Shown: piece after piece, positions 32,957-35,700 of the stretch | Layout: every line of letters starts with the position of its first letter | Numbering within the stretch: the stretch's first letter is position 1 | Origin: a virus | Taxonomy: Duplodnaviria; Caudoviricetes | Length of the DNA: 35,700 nt | Direction: 5' to 3' (one strand) | IMG/VR virus record: IMGVR_UViG_3300020059_000006 | Coordinates: 1-35,700 of that record | Translations under genes and position numbers: made by a program | The notes under the pieces: generated by a model | Told to the model about the DNA's origin: nothing | The model's database searches: none | The model's input: only the letters and a program-made list of their open reading frames with translations

Positions 32957-33305
32957 GGTGGTGATCTCCTCTGTGCGGTCGCGTTCAGGTCGTGCGGCGG
33001 CAAGGGGAACCCGATGCGAATCCGGTGTGTGGTGCGAGCTTTAACCGCCCTAGTTTCGGGCGAGGCCATCGCACCGAGTACCCCATGTCGCCCCACGAAG
33101 GGGCTCGTCCGGCCGGACGACCCGGTCGCGCTCCGCCGAGCGGTACCCCTCGACATCCCGCGACCGGGGTAAGGCAGGCGGCGGGGTCCGAGGGGAATTG
33201 AACCCCCGGGGCGAGTGGACCACCCCAGCACCATCGGAGCTACCGATCTTCGATCAGACCCAACCCGGCCGGCCTAGCCGTGTTGCTCTCCGCCGCTTGC
33301 CTTAC
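32957..33305 (-). ncRNA. Structured non-coding RNA / 5' leader with a tRNA-like domain
   Basis: Begins 7 nt after a -10 box; consecutive helices with G-U pairs on the minus strand; T-arm GGGG-UUCAAUU-CCCC and an acceptor-like stem; no convincing ORF. Confidence 0.6.
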
Positions 33306-33312
33306 GAGAACC

Positions 33313-33341
33313 ACGCTACACCCCACGGGTGACCCATGCAA
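33313..33341 (-). promoter_or_regulatory. Leftward promoter
   Basis: TTGCAT-17 nt-TAGCGT; predicted TSS about 33305. Confidence 0.65.
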
Positions 33342-33377
33342 GCCCCGAAACTCACCCTTTCGGGGGAGGCGTAGGAG

Positions 33378-33406
33378 TTGCATGTGGTGTTCGTGGGGTG
33401 CATGCT
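33378..33406 (+). promoter_or_regulatory. Rightward promoter
   Basis: TTGCAT-17 nt-CATGCT; shares TTGCATG-N7-CGTGGGGTG with the leftward promoter. Confidence 0.55.
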
Positions 33407-33436
33407 GGTATCACACCGCGAGGGGGAGGGCACACA

Positions 33437-33664
33437 ATGCAGACCGAGATGACCGACACCGAAGCCACCGAAGAAGCCCTACGCCTGTTCGTCCGCAAGG
33501 TGCGGCGCCTCTACCCGGGCGCCTTCCGAACCGTCACCAGCCTGATGCGGGACGAAGCACTCATCGCCCTGTACGCCGGTGAAGCCCGGGCTGACGACCG
33601 GTTCAACGACGACACCGTCCGGGTCTGGCCGCAACCGGAAACCGACGAGGACGAGGAGGAGTAA
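33437..33664 (+). CDS. Small hypothetical protein with acidic tail
   Basis: GGGAGG RBS and ATG at 33437; ends in EDEEE. Confidence 0.7.
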   Translation: MQTEMTDTEATEEALRLFVRKVRRLYPGAFRTVTSLMRDEALIALYAGEARADDRFNDDTVRVWPQPETDEDEEE

Positions 33665-33729
33665 GTCACCTCCAGCCCGGCCCCAACCAGGGGCCGGGCC
33701 GCACCCATCTCCCCGAAAGGACCCCGACC

Positions 33730-34560
33730 ATGGGCATCGAATGGCGAGAGCCGAAGAAACAACCCAAACCCGGACGCGTGAACCCGCCCCCGTCCCACAA
33801 GAAAGGCGAATGGACCTGCAATCAGGCCGTCACCTTCGCCCTGTCCCTCACCCTCATCATCGTCGGCGTGCTCGTCGCCGCCGGCGTAGCAAACGCCGCC
33901 ACCCCGCTGCGAGTCATGCCACTCGGCGACTCCATCACCCTCGGCGTCGGCGACGGCACCGCCACCGGCCTGCAAGACGGATACCGGTGCGCCCTGAAAG
34001 CGAAACTCCGCGCCGCGGGCCAGGAAATCGACTACGTCGGCAGCCAGACCTCCGGCCCGCCGCAGTGCCCCGACGGCGACATCCAGCACGAAGGCCACTC
34101 AGGGTGGACCACCACCCAACTCCTCGGCCAAACCGCCACCTGGGTGGCCGCGGCCCAACCCGACGTGGTCCTCCTGATGATCGGCACCAACGACATCAAA
34201 CTCCGGCAGTGGGACGGCCTGACCGCCCGGCTCGGACAGATCATCGACCTCATCCACGACACCCGTCCCGGCACCCTCGTCGTCGTGTCCACGCTCGTCC
34301 AATACCAGACCTCCGACCAGCCGACCATCGACGCGTGGAACGCCTACCGCGACGCGGTCCCGGTCGTCGCCGCCGCCCACGGCGCCCGGGTCGCCTACAA
34401 CGACAACGTCACCCGCGCCGAACTCGCCGACGGAATCCACCCGAAGGGATGCGCCTACGACGGGAAGATGGCCTGGTCCTGGTACTTCGCGTGGACGCAG
34501 ACCACGGCCGCGCCGAACGGCGCCGGATGGCCGCAGCTGCTCCCCACGAAGGTGTGCTGA
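33730..34560 (+). CDS. Secreted or membrane-anchored SGNH/GDSL hydrolase (CE3-like esterase)
   Basis: MPLGDSIT, HEGHSG, LLMIGTND, DGIHP catalytic blocks; hydrophobic leader ending ANAA. Confidence 0.88.
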   Translation: MGIEWREPKKQPKPGRVNPPPSHKKGEWTCNQAVTFALSLTLIIVGVLVAAGVANAATPLRVMPLGDSITLGVGDGTATGLQDGYRCALKAKLRAAGQEIDYVGSQTSGPPQCPDGDIQHEGHSGWTTTQLLGQTATWVAAAQPDVVLLMIGTNDIKLRQWDGLTARLGQIIDLIHDTRPGTLVVVSTLVQYQTSDQPTIDAWNAYRDAVPVVAAAHGARVAYNDNVTRAELADGIHPKGCAYDGKMAWSWYFAWTQTTAAPNGAGWPQLLPTKVC

Positions 34561-34669
34561 CCGTTTGCGCCAGCGAGTCGAGACCGAGGACGCCGGCAAT
34601 AACCAGATGTCCCTGTTCGACGCAGACGACTGGGGCGGGTGCGGCTGCCTCACCGACTTTGGGCCATGA
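34556..34669 (+). pseudogene. C-terminal remnant of a phage PAPS-reductase-like / adenine-nucleotide alpha-hydrolase gene
   Basis: Frame reads ADRLRQRVETEDAGNNQMSLFDADDWGGCGCLTDFGP*. DWGGCGC is, from memory, the C-terminal signature of that phage family. No N-terminal part is present. Confidence 0.45.
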
Positions 34670-34692
34670 CTCACGACTGCCCCAAGACAAGG

Positions 34693-34728
34693 AACGGCCC
34701 CCGCAGGTGAACGCCCGCGGGGGCCGTT
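34693..34728. terminator. Bidirectional terminator between convergent genes
   Basis: 12-bp inverted repeat AACGGCCCCCGC/GCGGGGGCCGTT with T-rich flanks. Confidence 0.75.
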
Positions 34729-34761
34729 TATGTGTGGGCCGCGACAGCCTCACCCGAAAAC

Positions 34762-35217
34762 CTACCCGACAGGCCGCACCAGCGTCGGATCCACCGCCGA
34801 CACATACGGGCCTGCCTTCGACGTCTGCGACGTCCGCAACGTATACGAAATCCGGTCGTTGAACTGCGCCGACATCTGCCCCTGCGACAACGGGTAGATG
34901 ATCCCCGGACTGGTCTCCTCCGAGCTGTGGCAGTTCGCCCCATCCACCGTGTACACGTACCAGCGCACCGACGTGAAATTCACGATGTACGACGTCGAAT
35001 TGTTCGGCGACACCGTCCGGCACTGATTCCGGGTGATCGACCCGTGGTATGCCGTCGACGGCACATTGTCATTCACGTTCACGTAAAAGCAGATGAACCC
35101 GCCCGTGCAGCCGTTCGGCGGGTCCACCTGCGCCGGCGACGCACCGACCAGACCGGCCGCCGCAGCGAGCAACGACACGACCAGCGCAGCGAGCGCCGTC
35201 CGCAACCTCATGTGCAT
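34762..35217 (-). CDS. Secreted peptidase-inhibitor I36 (SMPI / beta-gamma-crystallin-like) family protein
   Basis: Signal peptide MRLRTALAALVVSLLAAAAGLVGASPAQ; C.GG.IC.Y...N, NNSTS...N.T, FNDRIS motifs. Confidence 0.7.
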   Translation of the reverse strand: MHMRLRTALAALVVSLLAAAAGLVGASPAQVDPPNGCTGGFICFYVNVNDNVPSTAYHGSITRNQCRTVSPNNSTSYIVNFTSVRWYVYTVDGANCHSSEETSPGIIYPLSQGQMSAQFNDRISYTLRTSQTSKAGPYVSAVDPTLVRPVG

Positions 35218-35243
35218 GCAGATCCCCAATCCCTTGACTCGAA

Positions 35244-35420
35244 TCACCCGGTCAGATTAGACGCTGGCCTCGATACGGGCCTCATCGTCAACCCCTCCCC
35301 TCCAAAGGCATCCGGACGCCTGAGAGCCTCCCTGCGCCCCTGCGCCTCCGGACCCCAGTCGCAGTCGCTCTCCCGGACGACGGTGACGCCCCAGTGATTC
35401 CCGGTGCGGTAGATGGTCAC
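35244..35420 (-). CDS. Small hypothetical protein
   Basis: GGAGG RBS, GTGA overlap; begins TIYRTGNHWGVTVVRE. Confidence 0.55.
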   Translation of the reverse strand: MTIYRTGNHWGVTVVRESDCDWGPEAQGRREALRRPDAFGGEGLTMRPVSRPASNLTG

Positions 35421-35623
35421 GGCGCCTCCCGGTCGACGAAATAGCGGTCGATCACGGCGTCGTAGTAGCAGCTCTTCTTGTCGGCGGGCATGGTCTCGGC
35501 CAGCTCGACGACGGCCATGCCGCTGCGGTAGGCGCACTCGCTGGTCTCGTGGCCGACTGGCCCGCCGCGTTCGTCACCGCAGTTCGAGCAATGCGTGTTC
35601 CGGCAGCCAAAGGGAATGCTCAC
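35417..35623 (-). CDS. Small Cys/His-rich hypothetical protein
   Basis: GGAGAGGAAG RBS; HCSNCG..GH...EC. Confidence 0.6.
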   Translation of the reverse strand: MSIPFGCRNTHCSNCGDERGGPVGHETSECAYRSGMAVVELAETMPADKKSCYYDAVIDRYFVDREAP

Positions 35624-35700
35624 CGTGCTTCCTCTCCGCAACGTTGTAACCCTCCGTATTGACGGGAGTGACATTCGACTAGTACAAACCGTCAGACGCT

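Noticed and set aside
33085-33116. Hammerhead-like CGGACGAG-stem-CGACA on the minus strand
   Set aside because: Both invariant core segments deviate (CUGAnGA reads CGGACGA, GAAA reads GACA), stems I and III do not form cleanly, and the bases fit better in alternative hairpins.
33184-33261. Functional canonical tRNA-Trp(CCA) or a tRNA-derived attP
   Set aside because: Arm spacing is non-canonical and there is no CCA end. No integrase is present to use an attP. Kept only as a tRNA-like RNA.

Overview
A GC-rich actinobacteriophage with siphovirus-type gene content, probably a near-complete genome shown in reverse orientation. The host may be a filamentous actinomycete such as Micromonosporaceae, which I infer from the endolysin and accessory gene types. 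Read on the minus strand from 35700 to 1, the window holds: (1) a ~4 kb accessory arm with a secreted I36-like protein, an SGNH hydrolase, a promoter-driven structured non-coding RNA containing a tRNA-like domain, and an RHH regulator with four small membrane proteins; (2) TerS, TerL with a class 3 LAGLIDADG intein, portal, minor head/maturation protein, scaffold and major capsid; (3) a Stealth-like phosphoglycosyl transferase, the head-tail connectors and an Lsr2-domain protein; (4) tail tube, frameshifted tail chaperones, tape measure, one large tail-tip protein and two paralogous receptor-binding-like proteins; (5) a lysis cassette; (6) a divergent promoter/operator switch with an XRE HTH gene but no integrase or CI-like repressor; (7) an early operon with a PD-(D/E)XK exonuclease, ERF recombinase, GNAT-like protein, orphan C5-methylase C-terminus, RuvC, DEDDh exonuclease and primase-helicase; (8) an iteron-type origin and a terminal HNH nuclease. 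The strongest novelty candidate is the ~350-nt structured RNA at 33305->32957 with its RHH/membrane-protein operon. All protein calls come from motif recognition by eye; no database searches were run.
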